Of a stretch of DNA of 64,000 bases, positions 10,507-24,268 are shown piece by piece. The stretch covers positions 15,341-79,340 of the forward strand of contig MZGK01000002.1 in the NCBI GenBank assembly GCA_002085025.1, read 5' to 3'. The translations under genes were made by a program, and so were the position numbers. Source of the DNA: Candidatus Omnitrophica bacterium 4484_213. GTDB lineage: Bacteria; Omnitrophota; 4484-213. The notes beneath the pieces were generated by a model. That model did not search any database. It saw nothing but the letters and a program-made list of their open reading frames with translations, and was not told the origin of the DNA. How positions within the stretch are numbered: position 1 is the stretch's first letter; every line of letters begins with the position of its first letter.

Positions 10507-10900
10507 ATGCGTAGACTTGGGGCTGTGAAGTATGAGGTAATAGAATCAGAATCAAAGGAGGTCGCAATGGTGGAAAAAAGATCCACAGCCCAAGAAAAGC
10601 TAGATCTGGTTATAGAGAGCCTCAAAGGCGATGTTGATACCTCAGAGCACTGCCGAAAGCACGATATTTATCTCAGGCATTTGAGATAGACCTTTTAAAA
10701 AATTGACAATGCTGCTCCTTATGATAGACTTGCAGGCCGTGATGTAGAAATCATCAAGATGAGAAAGATCAAGAGCCAATTGGTGCAAAAGAAGCGTAAA
10801 TTAGAGAATCGCATTCGTAAAACTAATTCAAAGACCATGGGAGAAGCTACCCAGGTCTACACAAATAATTTTAATTCTTTCCTTGAAAGGGCATGAAACA
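10507..10900 (+). mobile_element. Probable IS3-like transposase OrfA remnant
   Basis: KRSTAQEKLDLVIESLKGDVDTSEHCRKHDI resembles an OrfA HTH; premature stop; opposite strand to all neighbours. Confidence 0.5.
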
Positions 10901-10925
10901 GTTCAGGCCCTACTTATCTATACAT

Positions 10926-11711
10926 CTACACACTCACAATCTTAACTAGATAAAAATAAACCACCGGAGCCGAAAATAATAAACTATCAATCAGGTCTAA
11001 AGACCCGCCCAAGCCGGGAAAAATCTTTCCCGAATCCTTCACATCGGCGTCTCTTTTAAGCAAGGACTCGGCCAGATCGCCTATCTGGGCGAAAATCCCA
11101 GAGAGGGCCCCCAAAACAAGGATATGGAAATAGGAAACATTTAAAAACAGATAACCAGAGATAAGGGCAATAACGATACTAAAAATAAAACCTCCGATTG
11201 CTCCTTCTCTTGATTTAAAAGGGCTGATACGTGGAATCAGTTTATGCCTACCAAATTTCTTTCCAATAAGATATGCCCCGGCATCGCCTCCCTTGCAAAC
11301 CAAAAGCAGAAACAAAATCCATGACTTACTATGCGACAGAAAAATTAATCTTGTCCAAAAACTGCCTAACCATCCGATATAGACTATTCCCAAAAGGGTA
11401 GTAGCAATGGTAAAGATAGCCACATCTCTTTTTTTATGGGTAAATTGCAGGAGAAAGAGACTCAATAAAGAGATAAATAAAATGAGTAGTTCTTGTCCAA
11501 AAAGAAAGGGTAGACAAAAAGCAATAGCCGCGAGCATTCCAATGTATTTATGGACAAAGATACCCTTGCGATGGATTAATTCGGCAAATTCCCCCAATCC
11601 AACCGCCACAAAGGAGATTACCCAGAAGACAAAGAAATGAGAAGGTAAGGCAAATAAAAATAAACAAGTAATGGCAATAAGAATGAGGGAACTAATTATT
11701 CTCTTCGACAC
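10926..11711 (-). CDS. cdsA: Phosphatidate cytidylyltransferase
   Basis: DAGAYLIG, ISPFKSREG, GDLAESLLKRDADVKDSG. Confidence 0.93.
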   Translation of the reverse strand: MSKRIISSLILIAITCLFLFALPSHFFVFWVISFVAVGLGEFAELIHRKGIFVHKYIGMLAAIAFCLPFLFGQELLILFISLLSLFLLQFTHKKRDVAIFTIATTLLGIVYIGWLGSFWTRLIFLSHSKSWILFLLLVCKGGDAGAYLIGKKFGRHKLIPRISPFKSREGAIGGFIFSIVIALISGYLFLNVSYFHILVLGALSGIFAQIGDLAESLLKRDADVKDSGKIFPGLGGSLDLIDSLLFSAPVVYFYLVKIVSV

Positions 11712-12420
11712 TCAATCCTCCGAACCTTCTATTCCTTTTTTTGAAATCAGCAATTGCCTCTAAAAAATCGCTCTTCTGAAAATCGGGCCAGAATTTTGGA
11801 GTGAAATAAAGTTCACTATAAGAAATCTGCCAGAGCAGAAAATTGCTGAGCCGCAGCTCGCCGCTGGTGCGAATCAAAAGGTCAGGGTCGGGAAGCTCTT
11901 TTGTGTAAAGATACTTAGAAAATAGACGCTCATCGATTTTATTTATCTTTACCTTCCTTTTTTGTATATCTTCAGCAATTTTTTTCACTGCGCTGATGAT
12001 TTCCTGGCGACTGCCATAATTTAAGGCAATGTTTAAGATCAACCCTTTGTTATTCTTGCTCAATTTCTCTGTTTTGCTCAACTCTTTTTGCACTGCCTTA
12101 GGCAACCTTTCTCTTTCGCCAATAGAAATAAGATGGATATTTTTTTCTTTTAGAAGTTCTCTTTTTTCTATCAGAAATTTTTTTAAAAGGCGCATTAAGC
12201 CCTGAACCTCTGAAGACGGACGTTTCCAGTTTTCTGAAGAAAAAGCGTAGAAGGTAAGGACTGCAATTTTTTGCTCAACTGCGGTTCTTATTATTTCTTC
12301 TACTGTTTCAATTCCCTTTTTATGGCCCTCAATGCGCGACAATCCCCTCTTTTTTGCCCAACGCCCGTTTCCATCCATTATAATGGCAATATGTTTTGGA
12401 CCTTTGGATAACTTCTGCAT
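11692..12420 (-). CDS. uppS: Undecaprenyl diphosphate synthase
   Basis: HIAIIMDGNGRWA, FSSENWKR, DLLIRTSGE; start moved to ATG 12420. Confidence 0.95.
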   Translation of the reverse strand: MQKLSKGPKHIAIIMDGNGRWAKKRGLSRIEGHKKGIETVEEIIRTAVEQKIAVLTFYAFSSENWKRPSSEVQGLMRLLKKFLIEKRELLKEKNIHLISIGERERLPKAVQKELSKTEKLSKNNKGLILNIALNYGSRQEIISAVKKIAEDIQKRKVKINKIDERLFSKYLYTKELPDPDLLIRTSGELRLSNFLLWQISYSELYFTPKFWPDFQKSDFLEAIADFKKRNRRFGGLSVEENN

Positions 12421-12454
12421 TTTAACAAGTGAAGTGTTTTTACTACTCTTAAAA

Positions 12455-12576
12455 AGTACCAAGAAAAGTTTAAAATGTCTAATTGCTCTAATTAAATAAA
12501 AATTTGGTGATTGGTTATTATTTGGTTATTGTATCTTGGTGTTTGGTTATTATCTGTTTAGGTCAATTAGACATTA
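12455..12576. repeat. Family E element, internally deleted
   Basis: 45 bp identical to 51741-51785, joined almost directly to the arm matching 51884-51959. Confidence 0.9.
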
Positions 12577-12611
12577 GACATCTATGCTAGTGCGTAGCAT
12601 ATATAACTCAG

Positions 12612-13429
12612 TTATATCAATCCATACTCTACAGTGGCAGGCGGAGTTCGCCGTTTAGTTGCCCGAGCAATTTCATCGCCGTCTTTACCGGAATTGGATT
12701 TGTCTCAATGAACATCGCTTTGCAGAGAGGAAATAATTTGTAGTGCAGGTCTTTTGCCTTTTGAATATTCCCCTCTAAAAAAGCAGAGGTCATCTGGGCA
12801 ACCTCAGCTGGAACAATATTTGCCACCACCGAAACTACTCCCTTGCCTCCTATTGCCATCATCGGCAGAGTTAAAGAGTCATCGCCGGAAAGAACAGTAA
12901 TATCGCACAAAGCGAGGATTTTACTCACCTGCTCCAAACTTCCGCTTGCTTCTTTGATAGCCACAATATTGTCAATCTTGGACAATCTTGCTACTGTCTC
13001 GGGCAACATTGAAATCCCGGTGCGCGAAGGGACATTGTATAAGATAATCGGAATACCGAGCTCGGCGAGTTTCGCGTAGTGACGAAACTGCCCTTCAGAC
13101 GTGGGTTTGTTGTAATAAGGGGTGATTACCAGAGCGGCGTTAGCTCCGGCTTCTTTAGCATATTTGGTTAAATCATAGGCCTCAGCAGTAGAATTAGAGC
13201 CGGTGCCGGCAAGCACCGGAACTCTTTTATTCACTGTCTCTACCACAATTTTGATTATTCTTTTCTGCTCCTCGTGAGTAAGCGTAGCCGCTTCGCCGGT
13301 GCAGCCGCAAGGGAGAATTCCGTTTGTTCCCTGCTTAATCTGAGACTCTACCAATTCCCGCAGTTTCTCATCATCAACCGCACCATCTTTGAACGGCGTA
13401 ACCAAAGCAACATAAGAGCCTTGAAACAT
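12612..13429 (-). CDS. dapA: 4-hydroxy-tetrahydrodipicolinate synthase, C-terminally truncated by an internal deletion
   Basis: GCTGE, PYYNKP, YNVPSRTG, IKEASG, ETNPIPVK; stops at RLPL*, and the likely native end EYGLI* lies in another frame at 12612-12629. Confidence 0.9.
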
Positions 13430-13439
13430 TTTTCACCTC

Positions 13440-13500
13440 TTTACCCTGTTAAAAATTCACCTCGGCGAATTCCGCCTTTGGGGGATTTAACGGGGTGAAC
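13440..13500. repeat. Family B element
   Basis: tttaccctgttaaa...tttaacggggtgaac. Confidence 0.85.
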
Positions 13501-13616
13501 CTACTTCCACCATCAACATTCTGTCTGAAATATAACTCGGCCGTAATATCGGGAACAGTCGCATTTTCTGGAAGTCTTTCTATCATTTCAATTATTTTTT
13601 CTTTTACCGCGCTCAC
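13449..13616 (-). pseudogene. Truncated small antitoxin-like protein ending in a family B element
   Basis: Hand translation from GTG: SAVKEKIIEMIERLPENATVPDITAELYFRQNVDGG, then repeat-derived residues. Confidence 0.5.
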
Positions 13617-13622
13617 CTTAAA

Positions 13623-13910
13623 TCACTTCCTCACATTATAAACTATATCATCGGCATCAAATTGATGGTTGCCGTCATTATCAAGGAAGATAACTACTGT
13701 CCCTGCTTTAGTATTATCTATTTTTACATCACTACCAGCCGGGTCTTTTGCCGTTATTGTCCCGCCAGTTCCGCATCCCCCATTTGCTACAGTTTCATTA
13801 GTAACACAGACCATCAACCCTGCTGTTCCCAACTTCTCCACCTGCTGGCCAATGGGAGTTACTACTGTGCGGATTTTAATTTCATCAGAGAGGCAAAGCC
13901 GCGAATAACA
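13623..13910 (-). pseudogene. 3' fragment of an unknown protein; 5' end replaced by a family C element
   Basis: The ORF N-terminus GELRLSLRE is repeat sequence also seen at 56254. Confidence 0.45.
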
Positions 13911-13913
13911 AAA

Positions 13914-14018
13914 CTCGCGAAGCGAGAGCCGAAGTTCCCCCTGCACCAGAACGGTGCAGGATCCGCCGAAGCCTTAGCGTAGATGAGCTGAGGATAGAAG
14001 GTTTGAAAGCAAACCTTC
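13914..14018. repeat. Family C element
   Basis: ctcgcgaagcgag-agccgaag-[variable]-ctgaggata-hairpin. Confidence 0.88.
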
Positions 14019-14019
14019 A

Positions 14020-14637
14020 CTATCCTTTTTCCTTATTTATTTTCACTTTCCTCCCTTCCACCTTCAATCTCCCTTCGGCAAACAGTTTAATTGTCAAAGG
14101 ATAAATGATATGCTCTTGGCGGTGAATCTTCTGGCGCAGAGATTCTTCATTATCATCTTCCTCTATCTCTACGACTCTTTGGAGGACAATTGGGCCATTA
14201 TCTATCTTTTCATCTACAAAATGGACAGTGGCTCCACTGAACTTCACCCCATAATTTAGGGCATCGCGAACAGCATTTGTTGAGCCTTTAAACGCCGGGA
14301 GCAGACTTGGATGGATGTTAAAAATCTTATTAGGATACTTCTGGACAAAAAAAGGACTAAGTACGCGCATAAACCCGGCTAAAACAATCAGCCCAATGTT
14401 CTCCTCTTGTAAATAAGCAATGAGTTCCTTCTCAAATTCCTTTTGGGAAGAAAATTCCTGGGAGTCAAGAAATATTGTTTTAACTGCGGCTTTCTTTGCC
14501 CTTTGCAGGCAATGCGCCTCTTTATTATCGCTCACCACCAAAGAGAGCCTTGCTTTGATATCTCCACGCTGAACTGCCTCAATAATTGCCTGCAGGTTGG
14601 TGCCCTCTCCCGAACAAAAAACGGCAATATTTAACAC
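14020..14637 (-). CDS. purN: Phosphoribosylglycinamide formyltransferase
   Basis: SGEGTNLQA, LAGFMRVL, NIHPSLLP, GATVHFV, DNGPI. Confidence 0.95.
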   Translation of the reverse strand: MLNIAVFCSGEGTNLQAIIEAVQRGDIKARLSLVVSDNKEAHCLQRAKKAAVKTIFLDSQEFSSQKEFEKELIAYLQEENIGLIVLAGFMRVLSPFFVQKYPNKIFNIHPSLLPAFKGSTNAVRDALNYGVKFSGATVHFVDEKIDNGPIVLQRVVEIEEDDNEESLRQKIHRQEHIIYPLTIKLFAEGRLKVEGRKVKINKEKG

Positions 14638-14719
14638 TTCGTGTTTGATTGCAGCGATTAAAAACGATTATGGTGATACATTTATCGTTGTAATCGCCTT
14701 TTCTATTGCGGCAATCGCT

Positions 14720-15385
14720 TTATATAATAATTACAAACTCCCCTTTTGCTCCTTTCTCTTTAAAATAAGTGATTAATTCCGAAATTTTTCCTCTGTTTAC
14801 CTCTTCAAATTTTTTGGTGAGTTCACGGCAAACAGCTATCTTTTTATCGCCTAAAAAATTTAGTAAATCTTTTAAGGTTTTTAATAAACGATGGGGGGCT
14901 TCGTACAAGATTACTGTTCTTTCTCCCTCGGCAATTTCTCTCAAGCGGTTTTCTCTTTTTTTGCTTTTGCGAGGTAGATAACCCTCGAAGATAAATCTAT
15001 CCGGAGCAGCCCCCGAGACTACCAAAGCGGCTAATAAAGCCGAGGCACCGGGAATGGGGACTACGCAGATGTTTTCTTTTATTGCTAAGGTAACGAGATA
15101 AAAACCAGGGTCGCTTATGCAAGGCGTGCCGGCATTACAAACCAGAGCAATATCCCTGCCATGTTTTAATTTCTTAATTAGAACATCTGCGCGGGCAATC
15201 TTATTGTAGTCAAAATAGCTGAGCAGAGGGGTTTTTATTTTATAATGCGAAAGAAGTTTTCTTGTCTGACGAGTATCCTCAGCGGCAATTAGATGTACAT
15301 TCTCTAAAGTCTCCAATGCCCTTAGGCTGATATCTTTCAGATTTCCAATAGGCGTGCTGACGATGTATAATTTACCCTGTTGCAT
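14720..15385 (-). CDS. rsmI: 16S rRNA (cytidine1402-2'-O)-methyltransferase
   Basis: TPIGNLKDIS, AEDTR, AGTPCISDPG, YEAPHR, RELTKKFEE. Confidence 0.95.
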   Translation of the reverse strand: MQQGKLYIVSTPIGNLKDISLRALETLENVHLIAAEDTRQTRKLLSHYKIKTPLLSYFDYNKIARADVLIKKLKHGRDIALVCNAGTPCISDPGFYLVTLAIKENICVVPIPGASALLAALVVSGAAPDRFIFEGYLPRKSKKRENRLREIAEGERTVILYEAPHRLLKTLKDLLNFLGDKKIAVCRELTKKFEEVNRGKISELITYFKEKGAKGEFVIII

Positions 15386-15492
15386 AACTTAGAGGACAGA
15401 AAATAGAAATCAGAAGATAATCTAGAGTGTGGAGTAGTAGTAGAAGTAGGCAGTATGCGATATGCAATAGGCAATTTTATTTTGCCAACTGC

Positions 15493-15756
15493 CTACTGTT
15501 GACTGTTAACTGTAGTTTGAATTAATATTTCCACCCCATCTTTATCCACCTTCATAAACCCCTTTTCTATTTCTATCTTCTTTCTCTTTTCTTCTTTCTT
15601 TATCCTTATTTCTCCTTTCTTTAGAGCGGAGATTAAAGGAATATGGTGACTCAGAATTCCAAGCCCCCCTTCTTTTCCGGGCACAATTACCATATCGATC
15701 TTTTCATCATAAATTACGCCTTCGGGAGTAATGACGGTTAAATCAAAATTGCTCAT
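15493..15756 (-). CDS. atpC: ATP synthase epsilon subunit (beta-sandwich only)
   Basis: VITPEG, PGKEGGLGILSHHIPL; follows atpD. Confidence 0.88.
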   Translation of the reverse strand: MSNFDLTVITPEGVIYDEKIDMVIVPGKEGGLGILSHHIPLISALKKGEIRIKKEEKRKKIEIEKGFMKVDKDGVEILIQTTVNSQQ

Positions 15757-15798
15757 TTTAATAGGATTTTTACGTTTTGAGCGAAAAATGCGAAAATC

Positions 15799-17372
<1,574 letters not shown>

Positions 17373-17376
17373 GACC

Positions 17377-19778
<2,402 letters not shown>

Positions 19779-19797
19779 TTTTCTCCTTTATCACTGA

Positions 19798-20850
19798 TTA
19801 CACTGATGAATTATCAGTGGCATTAGTGTTTTTCTTTAGTTGCTTCTTTAGGTAGTCTATTTTCTCCACCGGCGTGGGGTCAACCTTATTCAATAAAGCG
19901 AGATAATAAGAAATAAAATCACCTATATAGACCAACGAAAAAGTGCGCGCCAAGAGAGACTCTCCTCTTGACCAGATTTCCAAAATCCCTGCCTTTTCTT
20001 TTATAATCTCCTGAGAGACACAAAATCTCTTTTTGATAGGGGTATTTTCTTTCTTGTCGCGCAAAAAAAGCACCCTGAAGTCTCTAAGCAAATAAGGAAA
20101 CTCCCAGCCTACTATCTCATTGTGATTCATCTCCGGCAGAAAATTGACCGATGATAAGGTCTTACTATTCTCAGCCAACTGCTGTTTTAGGCGGATTGCC
20201 ACGGCGGCAAAAGAATTAGCGGTATAAATAATAGGAAGTTTATTTAAAAAAGAAAGCGAAACTTTTTTTGCCTCATTTTCTTTCTCTTCCATAATCTCCT
20301 TCTTGACCTTTTCTAAAGTAAGAATCGTCTCGCCGATATCTTCTTTCTTTTCAGAAATGAGTCCATATTGAAAAAGAAGAATCAAAGGAATAAAGAAAGA
20401 ATAAGCCAAAGCAGTGCGCGGGGGCATCCCGGAAGGAATAGTTATAAAGGAAACCTTGTCGCGTTGAGCTTTTTTAATCAGTTCACCTCCTGAACTAATA
20501 ACCACTAAATCTGCCTTTTTTTTCTTTACCTCTTCATAGGCAGCGAGCGTTTCCTCAGTATTTCCTGAGTAACTGTTTACAAAAATGAGCGTCTCGCTAC
20601 TTACAAAATTAGGGAGGGAATAATCTCTGTTTACAAAGATAGGGATTTTTATTTCGTTATTCAAATAACCTTTAAGTAGCTCGCCGGCGATTGCCGAACC
20701 TCCCATCCCGCTAAATATTATATTTCTATAAGCGCTTCGGGCTTTACGCTTTGCAGTTTGCGCTTTCTTTCCTATCTCCACCGCCTCTTTAATTTGCTGA
20801 GGAAAAGCGAGTAATTTCTCCCACATATTTGATTTATCCAGATTCTCCAT
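19798..20850 (-). CDS. Bifunctional phosphoglucose/phosphomannose isomerase
   Basis: GMGGSAIAG, SYSGNTEET, PPRTA, ENSK, PEMNHNEI. Confidence 0.92.
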   Translation of the reverse strand: MENLDKSNMWEKLLAFPQQIKEAVEIGKKAQTAKRKARSAYRNIIFSGMGGSAIAGELLKGYLNNEIKIPIFVNRDYSLPNFVSSETLIFVNSYSGNTEETLAAYEEVKKKKADLVVISSGGELIKKAQRDKVSFITIPSGMPPRTALAYSFFIPLILLFQYGLISEKKEDIGETILTLEKVKKEIMEEKENEAKKVSLSFLNKLPIIYTANSFAAVAIRLKQQLAENSKTLSSVNFLPEMNHNEIVGWEFPYLLRDFRVLFLRDKKENTPIKKRFCVSQEIIKEKAGILEIWSRGESLLARTFSLVYIGDFISYYLALLNKVDPTPVEKIDYLKKQLKKNTNATDNSSV

Positions 20851-20909
20851 AAAATAACGATTACGGCGATTAAAGAATAATTACGGCGATAAACCCTCTC
20901 AAATTTCTT

Positions 20910-22667
20910 TTAGAACTGTCTAGTAGGGTAAATACATCGCTGTAATCGCTGTATATTAAATCTGCTTCGGGAAAAACGTTTTATATCTTTTATTGTCTCT
21001 AAATTCAAAATCTCTCTAGCCGCGGCCTTTGCTTCCTTTAAAGATACTGAACGAATTACCTTTTTTACTCTCAATAGCATTAAAGGGCTGACGCTAAATT
21101 TAGTCAACCCTAACCCCAAGAGCAAAGGAATGAAAACTGGCTCGCTACACATCTCTCCGCACATTCCCACCCAAATACCTTCTTTGTGAGCAGCCTCAAT
21201 GACAGTTTTGATCAATCTTAATATCGCCGGATGATTGGGTTCATACAAATAGGCAATCTTTTCATTTATTCTATCTACTGCTAAGGAATACTGAATGAGG
21301 TCATTGGTTCCGATGCTAAAGAAATCTGCCTCTTTTGCCAGAATATCAGCGGTGAGAGCCGCTGATGGAATCTCAATCATTGCTCCTATTTCTACTTTTT
21401 TGTCAAAGGGAATACTTTGTTCTTCTAAATCTTTCTTTACCTCTGCTAAGACTCTATTTGCCTGTCTAAATTCCTCCACACTGGAAATCATTGGATACAT
21501 AATTTTTAACTTGCCATATTTACTTGCCCGCAAAATGGCCTTTAACTGTGTCTTAAAGATATCTGGCCTTGCCAAACAAAATCTTATTGCTCGCCAACCC
21601 ATAAAAGGATTCATCTCTGCCGGGATATTTAAATGCGATAAAAATTTATCGCCACCCAAATCTAATGTCCTGATGACTACCGGATGCGGGTTCATCTTTT
21701 GAGCAACAAACTTATACGCTTGATATTGTTCTTCTTCGGTAGGCAGAACAGAACGGTTGAGAAAAAAATATTCTGTGCGATACAGTCCAATGCCCTCAGC
21801 CCCTTCTTTTAAAACGGAGTCAATCTCTTCAGGCAACTCTATATTTGCAGTTATCTCTATCGGGCAGCCGTCCTTGGTTTGAGCAGGCAAAGCCCGTATC
21901 TTCTTCAATTCTTGATTAAACTTTAAAACCTCTTCTTTCTTTTTATAATACTTTTCAATTACCTCAGGCCGAGGATTTATAATTACAATTCCTTTGTCTC
22001 CGTCGATAATTAAAAGATCACCATTCTTTGCCTTGGTGCTAATTTTTTCTAATCCCACAACAGCAGGAATCTCGAGGGCGCGAGCCATAATTGCCGTATG
22101 GCTCGTCTTTCCGCCAACATCGGTAGCAAAACCCATAATTTTTTCTTTACGCATTAAGGCAGTATCCGAAGGAGACAAATCATAAGAAATGACAATGACA
22201 TTTCTCTCGAGATTAGCCAGATTCGTCTTTTTTCTTCCTAAAAGATTTCTAATTATCCTCTTTCCTACATCCTGAATATCACTTATCCTCTCTTTAAAAT
22301 AGGCATCGTCAATCTTAGAAAACGCCTTTTTATAATTTCGGATAATCTGCTGAAAAAGATATTCCGCGGTGAGTTTTCTTTTCTTTATCTTCTCAGTCAT
22401 TTGCTCCGTTAATACAGGGTCGTCTAAAATTAATAAATGGGCATTAAAGATGTCGCTATGTTTAGAGCCGAGTTCTCTATTTAACTTCTTCTGAATATTG
22501 ATAATCTCCTCACGGGTTTGCTTCAATACCTGTTTAAAGCGCTCAATTTCCTCAGGAACCTCCTCTTTTTTTATCGCTATCTTAGGAATAACAAAACTCT
22601 CCATATTCAGCAAGAACGCCTTGCCGATTGCTATTCCTGGTGAGACGGCAATTCCTTTTAGAGCCAT
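20910..22667 (-). CDS. ptsI: PTS enzyme I
   Basis: GGKTSHTAIMAR, GIGLYRTE, RTLDLGGDK, SIGTNDL, GMCGE. Confidence 0.96.
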   Translation of the reverse strand: MALKGIAVSPGIAIGKAFLLNMESFVIPKIAIKKEEVPEEIERFKQVLKQTREEIINIQKKLNRELGSKHSDIFNAHLLILDDPVLTEQMTEKIKKRKLTAEYLFQQIIRNYKKAFSKIDDAYFKERISDIQDVGKRIIRNLLGRKKTNLANLERNVIVISYDLSPSDTALMRKEKIMGFATDVGGKTSHTAIMARALEIPAVVGLEKISTKAKNGDLLIIDGDKGIVIINPRPEVIEKYYKKKEEVLKFNQELKKIRALPAQTKDGCPIEITANIELPEEIDSVLKEGAEGIGLYRTEYFFLNRSVLPTEEEQYQAYKFVAQKMNPHPVVIRTLDLGGDKFLSHLNIPAEMNPFMGWRAIRFCLARPDIFKTQLKAILRASKYGKLKIMYPMISSVEEFRQANRVLAEVKKDLEEQSIPFDKKVEIGAMIEIPSAALTADILAKEADFFSIGTNDLIQYSLAVDRINEKIAYLYEPNHPAILRLIKTVIEAAHKEGIWVGMCGEMCSEPVFIPLLLGLGLTKFSVSPLMLLRVKKVIRSVSLKEAKAAAREILNLETIKDIKRFSRSRFNIQRLQRCIYPTRQF

Positions 22668-22939
22668 TAGCCCTCCAAATCACTCATCAACAATTTTTCT
22701 AATTCTTCTACTGCCTTGCGGGCATCTTTCCCCTTTGCCTCTATTTCCACCTCGTCCCCTTTTCCCGCAGCCAGCATCATTACACCCATAATTGACTTTC
22801 CGTTTATCTCCTGAGCCTCTTTTCGGATACTAATATCGCTTTCAAATTTGTTAGCTAATTGTACAAAAAGAGCGGCAGGCCGAGCATGCAGACCTAATCT
22901 GTTTTTTATTATTACTTTCTTTTTTATGGAAGACATCAA
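22667..22939 (-). CDS. ptsH: Phosphocarrier HPr
   Basis: GLHARPA, NGKSIMG. Confidence 0.95.
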   Translation of the reverse strand: MMSSIKKKVIIKNRLGLHARPAALFVQLANKFESDISIRKEAQEINGKSIMGVMMLAAGKGDEVEIEAKGKDARKAVEELEKLLMSDLEG

Positions 22940-22982
22940 TAAAATTTTATAACCAAAAATTCCTGATTTATTTAGAAATCCT

Positions 22983-24203
22983 CTAAATCAAATTCCTCTG
23001 CAAGAGGTTGATTAAAAGAGCTGCCAATTTTTCGGAGTTATGACGCACATAATTAGAGGTGTCGATTATATCTCCTTGCACTACTGCATAACCTCTCTTT
23101 CGAATTCTTTCTGTATCTAAAACAACAGGGTAGGCATTTTCTTGTTTATATTTAGCCAGTAACTCATCAGGTACAGGGGCGCTATTTATAACACAATAAT
23201 TAACAATTTGAGGATAGGTATGTTTTATTATAGCCGCTAAATGCTCAAAAGCAGTATACCCATCAGTCTCTCCGGATTGGGTCATTACATTGCATACATA
23301 AACCTTGATTGCTTTACTTCTCTTTATTGCTTCCTGAATTTTTCTAATTAGAAGATTGGGAATTACACTGGTATATAAACTCCCAGGACCTAAAATGATA
23401 AGTTCGGCATCCTCTATCGCCTGAATAGCCTCAAAGGTAGGTTGGCAGTTATCAGGCTTCAGAAAAACCCGTTCTATAGAAAGATTGGCTTTTGTAATAT
23501 TTGTTTCTCCTTCGATTACTCTCCCGTTTTTCCCCCGGGCAATCAAAGAGACGTTTTCTAAGGTAGAAGGAACTACTTTTCCTTGAATAGCTAAAACTTC
23601 GCTTGATTTTCTTATCGCTTCTTCAAAATCTCCGGTGACATCTGTAAGAGCAGCAATAAATAGATTGCCAAAACTATGTCCACTTAAATCACCATTCTTA
23701 AAGCGATAATTAAAAAGGTTCTTCATTAAAGGTTCGGTTTCTGCTAAAGCGACCAGGCAGTTTCTGATGTCCCCCGGAGGGAGCATATTAAATTGTTTAG
23801 TCAGTCTCCCCGAGCTGCCGCCGGTATCCGTTACAGTAACAATTGCAGTAATATTATCTGTATACTTCTTAACCCCGTGCAAAAGTGTAGAAAGACCCGT
23901 CCCTCCGCCAATGGCTACAATTTTGGGGCCCCATCTTAACTGCCTTTTTTGGTAGATGATATCTACTATTTTTTCTTCCTGTTTTGGCAAAAGAACATTT
24001 ATGAATACCTTTATTATTTTCTCTATGCTTAAAATTACCGCCCCTATTCCTGCGATGAGCAGCAGAAGTCCCGACTGCTTAATAGGAAATTCGGCAGAAG
24101 CCCATCGGACGGCTCCCGAAGTAATCATAATAATCCCGAGGGTGCATAAACATATCCATCTCTTTATGCGCATTCCCGGGTATAGCCATTTTATCAGTTT
24201 CAT
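22983..24203 (-). CDS. YvcK/CofD-family protein with N-terminal TM helices
   Basis: IGGGTGLS, DTGGSSG, PPGDIRNC, GHSFGNL, GPGSLYTS. Confidence 0.92.
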   Translation of the reverse strand: MKLIKWLYPGMRIKRWICLCTLGIIMITSGAVRWASAEFPIKQSGLLLLIAGIGAVILSIEKIIKVFINVLLPKQEEKIVDIIYQKRQLRWGPKIVAIGGGTGLSTLLHGVKKYTDNITAIVTVTDTGGSSGRLTKQFNMLPPGDIRNCLVALAETEPLMKNLFNYRFKNGDLSGHSFGNLFIAALTDVTGDFEEAIRKSSEVLAIQGKVVPSTLENVSLIARGKNGRVIEGETNITKANLSIERVFLKPDNCQPTFEAIQAIEDAELIILGPGSLYTSVIPNLLIRKIQEAIKRSKAIKVYVCNVMTQSGETDGYTAFEHLAAIIKHTYPQIVNYCVINSAPVPDELLAKYKQENAYPVVLDTERIRKRGYAVVQGDIIDTSNYVRHNSEKLAALLINLLQRNLI

Positions 24204-24207
24204 AATA

Positions 24208-24267
24208 TCACTGATGACACTGATTATTGCTGATTACACTGATGAACTATCAGTGTAATCAGTGTTG
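24208..24267. repeat. 9-nt-period cactgat/atcagtg inverted array (also 1347-1399, 19790-19829, 50009-50088)
   Basis: atcactgatgacactgatt...atcagtgtaatcagtg. Confidence 0.85.
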
Positions 24268-24268
24268 T

